Of a stretch of 64,000 nucleotides of DNA, positions 54,273 through 62,805 are shown piece by piece. Numbering within the stretch: the first letter of the stretch is position 1; the number at the start of each line of letters is the position of its first letter. Below the pieces are notes generated by a model. That model was not told the origin of the DNA, did not search any database, and worked only from the letters and a program-made list of their open reading frames with translations. Made by a program: the position numbers and the translations under genes. This stretch comes from Treponema sp. (GTDB taxonomy: Bacteria; Spirochaetota; Spirochaetia; Treponematales; Breznakiellaceae): contig JAITUR010000003.1 in assembly GCA_031286205.1 (NCBI GenBank), positions 71,697-135,696 of the forward strand, read 5' to 3'.

Positions 54273-55205
54273 TTAATTCGCCTTAACTCGCCAGTAATTA
54301 TCTACCCGCTCAAATTGGCTGGCAGGTATATTTAATATACGACCGTCGTCGGCTCCAAGTTTTATCTGATTCGTAATGGGGTTAACATCTGCAACCCTCC
54401 AGGATTCCCCTTTATGATTAATACGCATTCCTTCCTGGGGAAGATTGCGCTGTGCCTCGCAATAAAAACCGTACTCATAAAAAAGACAGCACAAAAGCCG
54501 CCCGCAAGGACCGGAAATTTTAACGGAATTAAGCGACAACTTTTGATCCTTAGCCATTTTAATCGATACCGGCTTTAATTTATCTGAAACACAATTACAG
54601 CAATATTCTCTTCCGCAGACACCAAGACCGCCTGTAACACGCGCTTCGTCGCGAACCCCAATTTGCCTAAGCTCTATCCTCATCTTAAAAACACTTACCA
54701 AATCTTTTACAAGTTCCCGGAAGTCGACACGGTTCTCTGCAGTAAATAAAAATAAAATTTTGGGTTCTTCCAAAAGATAATGAACAAGAACCAGCTTCAT
54801 TTCCAATTTATGGTTTTCTATTTTTTTTCTACAAATTCCAAATGCTTCCTTTTCCAACTGATGATTTTTGCAGGTTTTATCCATATCTTCCTGAGTTGCG
54901 ACACGAACAATCCAGGCAATCTCGGAAACAGGCGGAAGCTTCCCGCTTACAGAGCCAATAACCTGCGCTAAATCGCGCCCATAACGGGTGGGCACTATTA
55001 CATAGGTATTTGGAGAAAGAGTATCTTCGCGGTAAACCGCAAGAAAGGTTTCGTGAGAATACAAAAGACGCAGGCGGTAAATGGGGGTGTCCGGCGCAAT
55101 GGACTCTATGCCGGCTTCTGCCCCGGTAATAACATTGCGTTCTTTACTAGGCTCGTCTTCCAGTATTTCGTCTTCTATATCTTCATAATCTTCTATATCG
55201 CTCAT
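54273..55205 (-). CDS. PSP1 domain protein (YaaT/RicT-like)
   Basis: 310 aa. Acidic N-terminus. PSP1 C-terminal Cys-rich motifs GGLGVCGREYCCNCV and GPCGRLLCCLFYE. Confidence 0.85.
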   Translation of the reverse strand: MSDIEDYEDIEDEILEDEPSKERNVITGAEAGIESIAPDTPIYRLRLLYSHETFLAVYREDTLSPNTYVIVPTRYGRDLAQVIGSVSGKLPPVSEIAWIVRVATQEDMDKTCKNHQLEKEAFGICRKKIENHKLEMKLVLVHYLLEEPKILFLFTAENRVDFRELVKDLVSVFKMRIELRQIGVRDEARVTGGLGVCGREYCCNCVSDKLKPVSIKMAKDQKLSLNSVKISGPCGRLLCCLFYEYGFYCEAQRNLPQEGMRINHKGESWRVADVNPITNQIKLGADDGRILNIPASQFERVDNYWRVKAN

Positions 55206-55213
55206 ATTTATCC

Positions 55214-55780
55214 TTAATGCAATAAGTCTATCAATAAACCGCGTATTTCCTCAAGCCTGGAAACCAGTTCCAACTGTTTTTTTTGCCCGGAAAGAAGCAT
55301 GGCCGCCAGGTCTTCCAGTTTTTTATCTATAACCTGAATTTTGGTATATCCCTTCCAGTCATCGGCTTCCGGGGTATTTCGCCTGCCCTTAAACTGCGGT
55401 TTAAATTTATTTAATATCCCGTCTTCATGTTCTACCGCATAAGTGTTCTGTACAACATGGTTTATAAAGTTTCGTACCGCCTGCTTGTAACGCATTATTT
55501 CTTCCGGCAAGGGACGGCTTTTTAAGGCATCGCCGGTGGAGCGGACTTCGTCCATTAAATGATTAACCGCTTCTTCGGAAGAAGGAAGGTCTTTTAGAGG
55601 GCCAATTTCGTCCGCTGTTATACCTCGTAAATTATCAAATAACCGGGAAAAATCGCTTTTGCCGACATCCTTGGTATGTAAAAACCCTTTTGTTTTTCTT
55701 GATTCTTGCTTTTCCGGTTTAACCTGCGAGTAAACCGCGGGATTCATATATAAGGTATTATCAGCATCAACTTTAGCCAT
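55214..55780 (-). CDS. DUF327 (YaaR-like) family protein
   Basis: 188 aa. The pattern YKQAVRNFINHVV...KIQVIDKKLEDLAAMLL...LEEIRGLLIDLL aligns by eye with B. subtilis YaaR (YKQLVKQFMDEAV...EIKGLLINIY). Confidence 0.7.
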   Translation of the reverse strand: MAKVDADNTLYMNPAVYSQVKPEKQESRKTKGFLHTKDVGKSDFSRLFDNLRGITADEIGPLKDLPSSEEAVNHLMDEVRSTGDALKSRPLPEEIMRYKQAVRNFINHVVQNTYAVEHEDGILNKFKPQFKGRRNTPEADDWKGYTKIQVIDKKLEDLAAMLLSGQKKQLELVSRLEEIRGLLIDLLH

Positions 55781-56213
55781 ATGGATGATATGATTTTTGG
55801 AACACCGGCAATGCCGATCTTACACCCTGTGCGTCACGGAATTCGGATACAGTTTTTGTCCAGTTTTCATCCGTAGGACACACAGCCACTCTGCCATTAA
55901 CAAAACAACCGTCATCTGCCTGGATACGACGGGAAATAATATCGCCTACAACAATGGCAGTAGAAAGAATAACAAGATGTCCGTCTGCAATAACATTACC
56001 TACCACCACCCCGCCAATTGTAATACTTGTTCCGGTTACATTGCCTTTCATTCTTGCTTTTTCGCCAAGCACTACTCTGCCTTTGGCTTTTACATTTCCG
56101 CGAATACTGCCGTCTATACGGGTAAAGCCGCCGGTTTCTATATTGCCGGTAAATTCGGAATTGGGCCCAATAATAGTATTTATTGAATAATCGCCTGAAT
56201 TGTCGGAAGCCAC
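55773..56213 (-). CDS. Bactofilin-family cytoskeletal protein
   Basis: Beta-helical bactofilin repeats IIGPNSEFTGNIETGGFTRIDGSIRGNVKAKGRVVLGEKARMKGNVTGTSITIGGVVVGNVIADGHLVILSTAIVVGDI. I trimmed the track ORF start (56375), which overlaps the M23 gene, to GTG 56213, 4 nt after the M23 stop. The start is uncertain. Confidence 0.75.
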   Translation of the reverse strand: MASDNSGDYSINTIIGPNSEFTGNIETGGFTRIDGSIRGNVKAKGRVVLGEKARMKGNVTGTSITIGGVVVGNVIADGHLVILSTAIVVGDIISRRIQADDGCFVNGRVAVCPTDENWTKTVSEFRDAQGVRSALPVFQKSYHPYG

Positions 56214-56217
56214 GCTG

Positions 56218-57246
56218 CTAGCGTCCTCTGGCCATGCTTGAACGAATGGTAATGTATCTGTAAGGATCAACAACATCCGAACCAATGTGGACTTCGTAGT
56301 GCAGATGAGGACCCGTAGAAATACCTGTGCTTCCAATATAACCAACAACTTCATTCTGTTGAACACGCTGCCCAACGCTTACCGTATATCTTTGCAAGTG
56401 CGCATAACGGGTATAATAACCGTGCTTGTGTCTGACAATTACATAGTTGCCAAAATCATAAGCATACTCTGCGGTTACTACCTGTCCGTCTGCGGTAGCT
56501 ATAACAGGATCGCCTGAGCGGTGCGTAGCAATGTCAATACCTTTATGAATATAGTACTGACCATGAATAGGATTAACATTTTGACCAAAGAACATTGTAA
56601 TATGTCCGATACCGCCTTTAACCGGCCAGATACTTGGAATTTCTGTAAGAAGGGCGCTCTGAGAAGTAAGTAAACGGCCAAGTTCGCCTATCGGTTCTTT
56701 AGCCTGCGAAAAATAATTGGACAATCGTTTTATCTCTTCTATTTCCCGCAATACACCATCCCGGCTTTCGCCAACACTAAGGAATGTGCTTAAATCTCCG
56801 GGTGTATTCTGGGCAACCCTGCTTCTGTCATTATAACCCATTGTAACCAGAACTTCCGAAAGAGCGCTCTGAAAACTATTTGCCTCTCTAAGAAGAAGGG
56901 CTGTTTCGTCACGGAATTGATCCAAGGAAGCTTGATAATCTCTAAGCTGCCCATCTTTGTTTGCCATATTATACATTGTGCTGGAATACGAAGCGCCGTA
57001 CCAAAAAAACGCTCCTAATATACCGATAAAAACAAAAAGAAAGCAGCAAATTGATAATACAGTAACATGAAGATTGTAAACTTTTTTTTCTGAATGAGGA
57101 ACAAAAACTATTGTGTAACGCTGTGTTAAAAACCGCCCAAAAGACCTAAGAAGACCCGCTATAAAACCAACCGCTATTACAGCTAATTCTTTTATTCTTT
57201 GGACAAGCTTATTTTCTAACCGTTTATACTCATGTACTGAGCCCAT
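56218..57246 (-). CDS. Bitopic membrane M23-family metallopeptidase (LytM/LmdC/Csd-like)
   Basis: 342 aa. Cytoplasmic tail, TM helix (LSICCFLFVFIGILGAFFWY), coiled-coil-like region. M23 motifs HKGIDIA, GNYVIVRHKHGYYTRYAHL and GSTGISTGPHLHYEV. Confidence 0.85.
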   Translation of the reverse strand: MGSVHEYKRLENKLVQRIKELAVIAVGFIAGLLRSFGRFLTQRYTIVFVPHSEKKVYNLHVTVLSICCFLFVFIGILGAFFWYGASYSSTMYNMANKDGQLRDYQASLDQFRDETALLLREANSFQSALSEVLVTMGYNDRSRVAQNTPGDLSTFLSVGESRDGVLREIEEIKRLSNYFSQAKEPIGELGRLLTSQSALLTEIPSIWPVKGGIGHITMFFGQNVNPIHGQYYIHKGIDIATHRSGDPVIATADGQVVTAEYAYDFGNYVIVRHKHGYYTRYAHLQRYTVSVGQRVQQNEVVGYIGSTGISTGPHLHYEVHIGSDVVDPYRYITIRSSMARGR

Positions 57247-57272
57247 CGGAACTCCTACTTTTTTATCCTATA

Positions 57273-57301
57273 ATCATATCAAAAACCGGAAAATCTGTCA
57301 A
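57273..57301 (-). promoter_or_regulatory. Putative strong sigma70-type promoter of the M23-bactofilin operon
   Basis: Minus strand reads TTGACA (57301-57296), a 17-nt spacer, then TATGAT (57278-57273). An AGGAG Shine-Dalgarno sequence lies 5 nt before the ATG at 57246. Confidence 0.55.
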
Positions 57302-57321
57302 GAATTATCTGGCAAATTTTG

Positions 57322-57855
57322 TTAAATTGCCTTATATCCCGCCTGGATAGCCTGAATATTCATTGGAATATACTGATGCTTATCCACCGGAAAAAATTTC
57401 TTTAAGACACCTTCAATATCGGCCAAATTTAAGGCTCCCGTTAGCTTTGCCATAGCTCCAAGAGCCACCATATTGGCAAAAACCACATTTCCAATCTGCT
57501 CTGCTATGCCGGAAGCATCGATTTTTACAACTTTTAAGCCGCTTCGGCTTGGATTTTCCTTTACAAGGCTTGAATTTATGAGCATTATGCCGCCGTCTTT
57601 AAGGATTTTCTCGCAAAGAGGGAGGGAATCCATATTCATAACGAGTGCGGAGTCCGGCGTTGTTACCAGGGGGCTTGCAATTTCTTCGTCAGAGATGATT
57701 ACACTGGCACGGGCAATGCCGCCGCGTTTTTCTGCGCCGTAAAAGGGGAAAAAAGTGACATTTTTTCCTTCCTGCATGGCAAAATAGACCCAAAGCTGCC
57801 CCAAAGAGATGATTCCCTGTCCGCCAAATCCTGCAAAAAACGATTTTTCTGTCAT
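57322..57855 (-). CDS. 2-oxoacid:ferredoxin oxidoreductase gamma subunit
   Basis: I trimmed this to MTEKSFFAGFGGQGIISLGQ (ATG 57855, an ATGA overlap with the beta subunit stop). Typical gamma-subunit GGQG motif. Confidence 0.85.
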   Translation of the reverse strand: MTEKSFFAGFGGQGIISLGQLWVYFAMQEGKNVTFFPFYGAEKRGGIARASVIISDEEIASPLVTTPDSALVMNMDSLPLCEKILKDGGIMLINSSLVKENPSRSGLKVVKIDASGIAEQIGNVVFANMVALGAMAKLTGALNLADIEGVLKKFFPVDKHQYIPMNIQAIQAGYKAI

Positions 57856-58607
57856 TTTGAGCCTCCAAGTGTATTTTTTACCTCTCCCAATGGGTAGGCG
57901 GGAATCATATTCTTTTCCAGCCATTCAACTGCCTGGATAGAGTCCATTGTCCAATTTGTGGGACAGGGACAAAGAATTTCTACTATTGTACTGCCAATGC
58001 CGGACAATTGCGCTTCGAATGCTTTTTTTATGTATTGCCTTGTTTTGCGTACATTTACGGCATTGTTTACCGCGCCTCTGGCGATATAACTGGTTCCGTC
58101 CAATGTGGCAAGAAGCTCGGCAACTCTAATTGGATAACCCATTCCGGCGGCATCTGCATCGCGGCCTGCGGGAGCGGTGGTTGCTTTTTGCCCCAGCAGG
58201 GTTGTGGGAGCCATTTGCCCGCCGGTCATGCCGTAGATTGCATTATTTACGAAAATTGTCGTAAATTTTTCCGCACGGTTAGCCGCGTGGATCATTTCGG
58301 CGGTTCCAATTGCCGCCATATCACCATCACCCTGATAACAAATAACCAGGTGATCGGGATGCACTCGTTTAACCGCGCTTGCCGCCGCGGGAGTTCTGCC
58401 GTGGGGCGGCTGTACAGAATCAAAATCAAAATAAAGATCCGCCCAGATCGAACAGCCTACCGGGTGGGTAATAATTGATTTTTCCCTGATGCCCAATTCG
58501 TCTATTACACTGGTAATAAGCCGGTGCACTACTCCATGCCCGCAGCCGCCGCAATACTTTGTTTGTATCTTCCTTAAACTTTCAGGATGTCCGTATAACT
58601 TTTTCAT
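57852..58607 (-). CDS. 2-oxoacid:ferredoxin oxidoreductase beta subunit (TPP-binding)
   Basis: 251 aa. YCGGCGHG Cys motif. GDGDMAAIG TPP-binding motif. Confidence 0.9.
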   Translation of the reverse strand: MKKLYGHPESLRKIQTKYCGGCGHGVVHRLITSVIDELGIREKSIITHPVGCSIWADLYFDFDSVQPPHGRTPAAASAVKRVHPDHLVICYQGDGDMAAIGTAEMIHAANRAEKFTTIFVNNAIYGMTGGQMAPTTLLGQKATTAPAGRDADAAGMGYPIRVAELLATLDGTSYIARGAVNNAVNVRKTRQYIKKAFEAQLSGIGSTIVEILCPCPTNWTMDSIQAVEWLEKNMIPAYPLGEVKNTLGGSK

Positions 58608-59677
58608 TTTTTCAAAATTTCCTTTGCTTTACTAAACACTTCTTCTTCGGTGGGGATCATTCCGCCCGAACGAGCCAGCAGGTGAATATCACTTTTTACT
58701 CCGGCATTATTAAGGCTTGCTTCATAAGCCGAAAGCTTTACATCTTCGACCAACTGCCCCAGCGACATCTCTACTGTTAAAACAGGTTTTCCAAGGGATA
58801 TAACTTTTCCCAATTCCTGAAGCGGAAATGGCCACAGGGTAATAGGCCTAAAAATACCCAATTTAATGCCTTCTTTTTTTGCAAGTTTCTGCGCTCCAAG
58901 GCATATTCTTGCGCAAGTGCCGTAAGCTACCATTATAAGGTCTGCATCGGCACAGCCGCTTTCTTCATAACGGATTTCGGAGGCTTTGACTGTTTCGTAC
59001 CGCTTAAAACGCTCTTTTGTTTGAGCTTCCAGTTTTTCCGGCACGAGCTCTATCGATGTAATATGCCGAGCCTTTCTTCCGGCGGCATTTCCGACAGTCC
59101 AGTCCCTTTTTGGCGCTTCTTTTTCCGGCGGCAGAACCAATCCTTCTACCATTTGCCCGATCATTCCGTCCGCCTGAACAATTACGGGCATCCGGTATTT
59201 GTCCGCCAAATCAAAAGCAAGGTAGGTGTGGTCGGCGCATTCCTGTACGCTTTTTGGCGCAAGCACTATGGAGCGGTAATCTCCATGTCCGCCGCCCCTT
59301 GTAGACTGAAAATAATCGCTTTGCGCCGGAGCTATATTGCCAAGTCCAGGTCCGCCGCGGCAAACATTTACCACTACTACCGGAACATCGGCGCCGGCGG
59401 CGTAGGACATTCCTTCCTGTTTTAAACTGATGCCGGGGCTGGAAGAGCTGGTCATTGCTCTTACTCCTGCGCAGGAAGCGCCATATACCATTATCATCGC
59501 TCCAATTTCGCTTTCCGCCTGAATAAAGATGCGTCCTTTTTCCAGCATATGTTTTGCCATGTAGGCAATCAACTCGTTTTGCGGGGTAATTGGATACCCA
59601 AAATATGCGCCACAGCCCGCCCTAATTGCGGCTTCGGCAATGGCATCATTTCCTTTCATTAGAACTTTTTCACTCAT
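58604..59677 (-). CDS. 2-oxoacid:ferredoxin oxidoreductase alpha subunit
   Basis: 357 aa. MKGNDAIAEAAIRAGCGAYFGYPITPQNE N-terminus typical of Kor/Oor/Vor alpha subunits. Confidence 0.9.
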   Translation of the reverse strand: MSEKVLMKGNDAIAEAAIRAGCGAYFGYPITPQNELIAYMAKHMLEKGRIFIQAESEIGAMIMVYGASCAGVRAMTSSSSPGISLKQEGMSYAAGADVPVVVVNVCRGGPGLGNIAPAQSDYFQSTRGGGHGDYRSIVLAPKSVQECADHTYLAFDLADKYRMPVIVQADGMIGQMVEGLVLPPEKEAPKRDWTVGNAAGRKARHITSIELVPEKLEAQTKERFKRYETVKASEIRYEESGCADADLIMVAYGTCARICLGAQKLAKKEGIKLGIFRPITLWPFPLQELGKVISLGKPVLTVEMSLGQLVEDVKLSAYEASLNNAGVKSDIHLLARSGGMIPTEEEVFSKAKEILKK

Positions 59678-59704
59678 AGTTTAATCCTTTACCTGAATAT
59701 TTAC

Positions 59705-59926
59705 TCAGGCAGATAGTTCATAAACCTCGATACAAATATCGGGGCACACTTCATAACAGTTTCCGCAGGCAATACATTTTTCTTCCAGAACCACTTTTGG
59801 CGGATACGAGCCGGAAGAATTGTGTTCTGTATCAACTTCCAATACTTTCAGCGGGCATGCGCGGATACATAACAGACATCCCTTGCACATTTCTCTATTT
59901 ATTTCAATTTTCCCTTTTCTTGCCAT
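59705..59926 (-). CDS. 4Fe-4S dicluster ferredoxin-like delta subunit
   Basis: 73 aa. Two CxxCxxCxxxCP motifs (CKGCLLCIRACP, CIACGNCYEVCP). The gene order delta-alpha-beta-gamma matches OorDABC/KorDABC-type 2-oxoglutarate enzymes. Confidence 0.85.
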   Translation of the reverse strand: MARKGKIEINREMCKGCLLCIRACPLKVLEVDTEHNSSGSYPPKVVLEEKCIACGNCYEVCPDICIEVYELSA

Positions 59927-60137
59927 TTTTTCCTCGTTTTTTCTTTGTTTATGTATGTATATTTTAGAGAAAAATCGATTATATGCCTAGCAGGGGCGCT
60001 ATGGGATATTGGAGGTTTTTAAGATAAGCCGCTTGAATATTGGAAGAAGTGTTTGGGCGGGAATACTTGCAAAAGACTATTATTTTTCAATAAATCTGCA
60101 CCGCTTGGGATGAAGGCAGCGAAGTTGTCGGTATAGC

Positions 60138-60181
60138 CAAAAAGAAATTCAAAAGCGCAGCAGGATAACCCGCTGCGCTTT
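60138..60181 (-). terminator. Rho-independent terminator downstream of the repeat lipoprotein gene
   Basis: Minus strand reads AAAGCGCAGC-gggttatcct-GCTGCGCTTT (10-bp perfect stem) followed by TGAATTTCTTTTT. It lies about 20 nt after the TAA stop at 60203-60205. Confidence 0.6.
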
Positions 60182-60202
60182 GAATATTTCATAGTACCGT
60201 AA

Positions 60203-62527
60203 TTACAATGACGGTCTGACAGTATCGGTACTCCACACAACGCCAAAGGTGCCGGTTTGACCAAGAATATACGGAGTTATCCTGATATACACCGTACCAT
60301 TCTGATTTGAAGTAAAATTCTGTGGGGTTGTCCACCCAGAGTCAACATTGTTAAAAATAATAGTTCCATCACTGTAATAAGCGGTTGAACTTACATCCAG
60401 TGTTTTTCCGCTACCTTGATAAGAGTCATTCCACCAAATGCGGTATGTTGTTCCGCTTTCAACAGAGAACGAATACCAAATTGCGTTGCCGGAAGCGGCG
60501 GTAATTTCACCATCTGCCCATTGGTTGAAATAAATTGGAGTAGGATTAGGCGGAGAAAAGGACGCAGCAGGCCTTACACTGTCAGCAGCAGTGTAGACAA
60601 TACCAAAGGTACCGGTTTGACCGGAAGTAACCGGAGTTACCCTAATATACACCAAACCAACCTGGTCTGCAGTGGGGGTAATAGATCGTGCTGTACCCCA
60701 GGAGGCATTAGTGCTGGCAAAAGCATCCGCCCCGTTTGCATACCAGCCGCGTATGTTAGCATTCAATGTTTTAATCCCATTACCATTACCATTATTTGAA
60801 GCACTTGCATTATTACCATTCAACCAGACACGATATGTTGTACCGGCAGTATCAGCATTAAACGAGTACCAGATTTCACCGGCAGAAGCAGTAATTGTTT
60901 CATCCACCCATATACCGGAACTAAGCGGGGTGTGATTGGCAGGGCTAACGGGCACATCAGGTCTAGTGGTACCTTGTTCGCCATAAACAATGCCAAAAGT
61001 GCCGGTTTGAGCGGAAGTAACCGGAGTTACCCTAATATACACAATAGTGTCTTCCATCGTAGAAGCAATAGAGCGTGCCGTTGCCCATGAGGTATTAGTA
61101 ATGACAAAAATTTCTGTTCCATTAGCATACCAACCGTGTATATTAGCATTCAATGTTTTTATCCCATTCCCAAAGCTCAAGTTATTAAACCAGAGGCTGT
61201 ATGCTGTACCAGCAGTAACATTAAATGAATACCAAGCTTCACCGCCGGAAGCTGAGGTTATTTCGCCATCCGCCCATATGCCGGCAGTAAGCGAAACAGT
61301 AGAATCGGGAGGAGCTATGGGTGCAGCAGGTTTTTCACTATCAGCAGCAGTAAACACAATACCAAAGGTGCCGGTGCCGGCAGATGCGATTACCCTTAAA
61401 TAAATCGTACCTCCAGAGGCGGGGGTAAATGTTGTTGGTGAATTCCATGGAATATTTTCGTTAGTAATAATATTGTTTCCGTTAGCATACCATGCACTTA
61501 CCCTCGCATTAAGCGATTTAGTACCATCACCAGTCGAACCATTACACCAAATTCTGTATGTTGTACTGGCAGCAGCTTCAAACGAATACCAGGCTTCGCC
61601 GCCGGAAGTGGTAATTGCTCCATTTACCCATGTGCCGGCAGTAAGCATAGTTGCAGAGGGAGGAACAAAGGGCGTAACAGGTTTTACGCTGTTATTTACA
61701 GTATAAACAATGCCGTAAGTTCCGCCGGGTGTTGCAGTTGCGTTTACATGTAGATAAATTGTACCGTTCGCAGTGGGAGTAAAAGTAGCGCTTGAATTCC
61801 ATGCGGAATCAGCATTGGTAAATCTTTTAGTTCCATTCGCGTTAAAAGCAGTTACAACTATATCTTGAGTTTTCATGCCATTGCCTTGTCCGGAGTCATT
61901 CCACCAAATGCGGTATGTGCTTCCGGCAGTAACTTGGAATACATACCAATCACCACTATATATAGATGCAGCTGGAATGCTTCCATCTTTCCATATGCCT
62001 GCTGTAAGCGATGCGGCATTGACTGGTGCAGACCATGTAAAAACAGGGGCTGTGGTTGATGTGTTAAATAAAAGGTGGTAAGTACCACTACCACTGCCAT
62101 ATGGCCATACCTTAATGTAGTATTTTTGACCGGGTACTAATGTCCGAGATGTACGACTATTTAATGCAGTGCCATAAAGGTTTGATTGACTCGCTCCTAC
62201 TATTTCACCGCTGTTGTCAACAATTTGTACATTGACATCTATTAAAGCGCCGCTGTTATTAAAATGTATATACTGTGTTGCGGTGGTAGCCGTAAAAACA
62301 AACCATTGATTAAAACTAGAAGCAGGAATATTGCCTTTTGCCCATACATTTGAAGTAAGCAGGATGGCTTTTTCCATACTAGAGCCGTCATTACCAGAAC
62401 CAGTAGTACCACCGCCGCCGCCGCCGCCACCACCGCCGGTGCTAGGTTCAGGAGGACAGCCGGTAAACGAGAATACGATTGCCGTAATAAATAAGACAAT
62501 CCCGATTAATTTGATAAAATTTTTCAT
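60203..62527 (-). CDS. Surface lipoprotein built from six tandem PPC-like (pre-peptidase C-terminal-like) beta-sandwich domains
   Basis: I trimmed this to MKNFIKLIGIVLFITAIVFSFTGC (ATG 62527, AAGGAG upstream), which has a relaxed lipobox. A Gly10 linker follows. Then six ~115-125-aa repeats of the pattern W(Y/F)xFxxxAGTxYxIWxN...G.K.L...(W)Y..G......W....F.P...G.(I/V)Y(I/L)(R/H)V......GT(F/Y)GIV(Y/F). Confidence 0.75.
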   Translation of the reverse strand: MKNFIKLIGIVLFITAIVFSFTGCPPEPSTGGGGGGGGGGTTGSGNDGSSMEKAILLTSNVWAKGNIPASSFNQWFVFTATTATQYIHFNNSGALIDVNVQIVDNSGEIVGASQSNLYGTALNSRTSRTLVPGQKYYIKVWPYGSGSGTYHLLFNTSTTAPVFTWSAPVNAASLTAGIWKDGSIPAASIYSGDWYVFQVTAGSTYRIWWNDSGQGNGMKTQDIVVTAFNANGTKRFTNADSAWNSSATFTPTANGTIYLHVNATATPGGTYGIVYTVNNSVKPVTPFVPPSATMLTAGTWVNGAITTSGGEAWYSFEAAASTTYRIWCNGSTGDGTKSLNARVSAWYANGNNIITNENIPWNSPTTFTPASGGTIYLRVIASAGTGTFGIVFTAADSEKPAAPIAPPDSTVSLTAGIWADGEITSASGGEAWYSFNVTAGTAYSLWFNNLSFGNGIKTLNANIHGWYANGTEIFVITNTSWATARSIASTMEDTIVYIRVTPVTSAQTGTFGIVYGEQGTTRPDVPVSPANHTPLSSGIWVDETITASAGEIWYSFNADTAGTTYRVWLNGNNASASNNGNGNGIKTLNANIRGWYANGADAFASTNASWGTARSITPTADQVGLVYIRVTPVTSGQTGTFGIVYTAADSVRPAASFSPPNPTPIYFNQWADGEITAASGNAIWYSFSVESGTTYRIWWNDSYQGSGKTLDVSSTAYYSDGTIIFNNVDSGWTTPQNFTSNQNGTVYIRITPYILGQTGTFGVVWSTDTVRPSL
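60206..62386 (-). repeat. Intragenic tandem domain repeats, period about 350-390 bp, six copies
   Basis: Repeat landmarks recur near 60233, 60603, 60993, 61363, 61711 and 62078. Copies 4 and 5 share a 30-nt identical stretch (60622..60651 and 61013..61042). Confidence 0.8.
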
Positions 62528-62563
62528 AAAAAACTCCTTGCTAATCTTTGTAATCATACAAAT

Positions 62564-62591
62564 ATAATACTGCTCTTATCAGATAGATCAA
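62564..62591 (-). promoter_or_regulatory. Putative promoter of the repeat lipoprotein gene
   Basis: Minus strand reads TTGATC (62591-62586), a 16-nt spacer, then TATTAT (62569-62564), about 36 nt upstream of the ATG at 62527. Confidence 0.35.
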
Positions 62592-62805
62592 TAAAAATAA
62601 AAAAAGAATTGGAATATAACAATATGATTATTAAAATCATGCCAAGAAATGCAAAATATTCTTACAAAATTGCTGCGCACTCATTGCCGATAAGCTAAAG
62701 AAGAATATTCTCAAAGATGTATTTGCCCTTCTTTTACACAAAAAAATAAAATTTTTTACAGATTTTCCTTGACTTCACAAATGGTTATTTTTATTTTTTA
62801 AATAT

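Noticed and set aside
56214-56375. N-terminal 54 codons of the 200-aa bactofilin track ORF
   Set aside because: They overlap the 3' end of the M23 peptidase gene in another frame. The bactofilin repeat core begins downstream, and a GTG at 56213 sits 4 nt after the M23 stop.
57856-57924. N-terminal 23 codons of the 200-aa oxidoreductase gamma-subunit ORF
   Set aside because: They overlap the beta-subunit gene. ATG 57855 gives the canonical MTEKSFFAGFGGQG start with an ATGA coupling overlap.
60019-60264. 81-aa minus-strand ORF downstream of the repeat lipoprotein gene
   Set aside because: It spans the terminator hairpin and overlaps the 3' end of the 784-aa gene. It has no Shine-Dalgarno sequence, no motif and an odd composition.
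60206-62386. Regular ~370-bp DNA periodicity that might be mistaken for a repeat array or CRISPR
   Set aside because: The period is far too long and has no spacer/repeat structure. The repeats are in frame and encode six copies of a protein domain.
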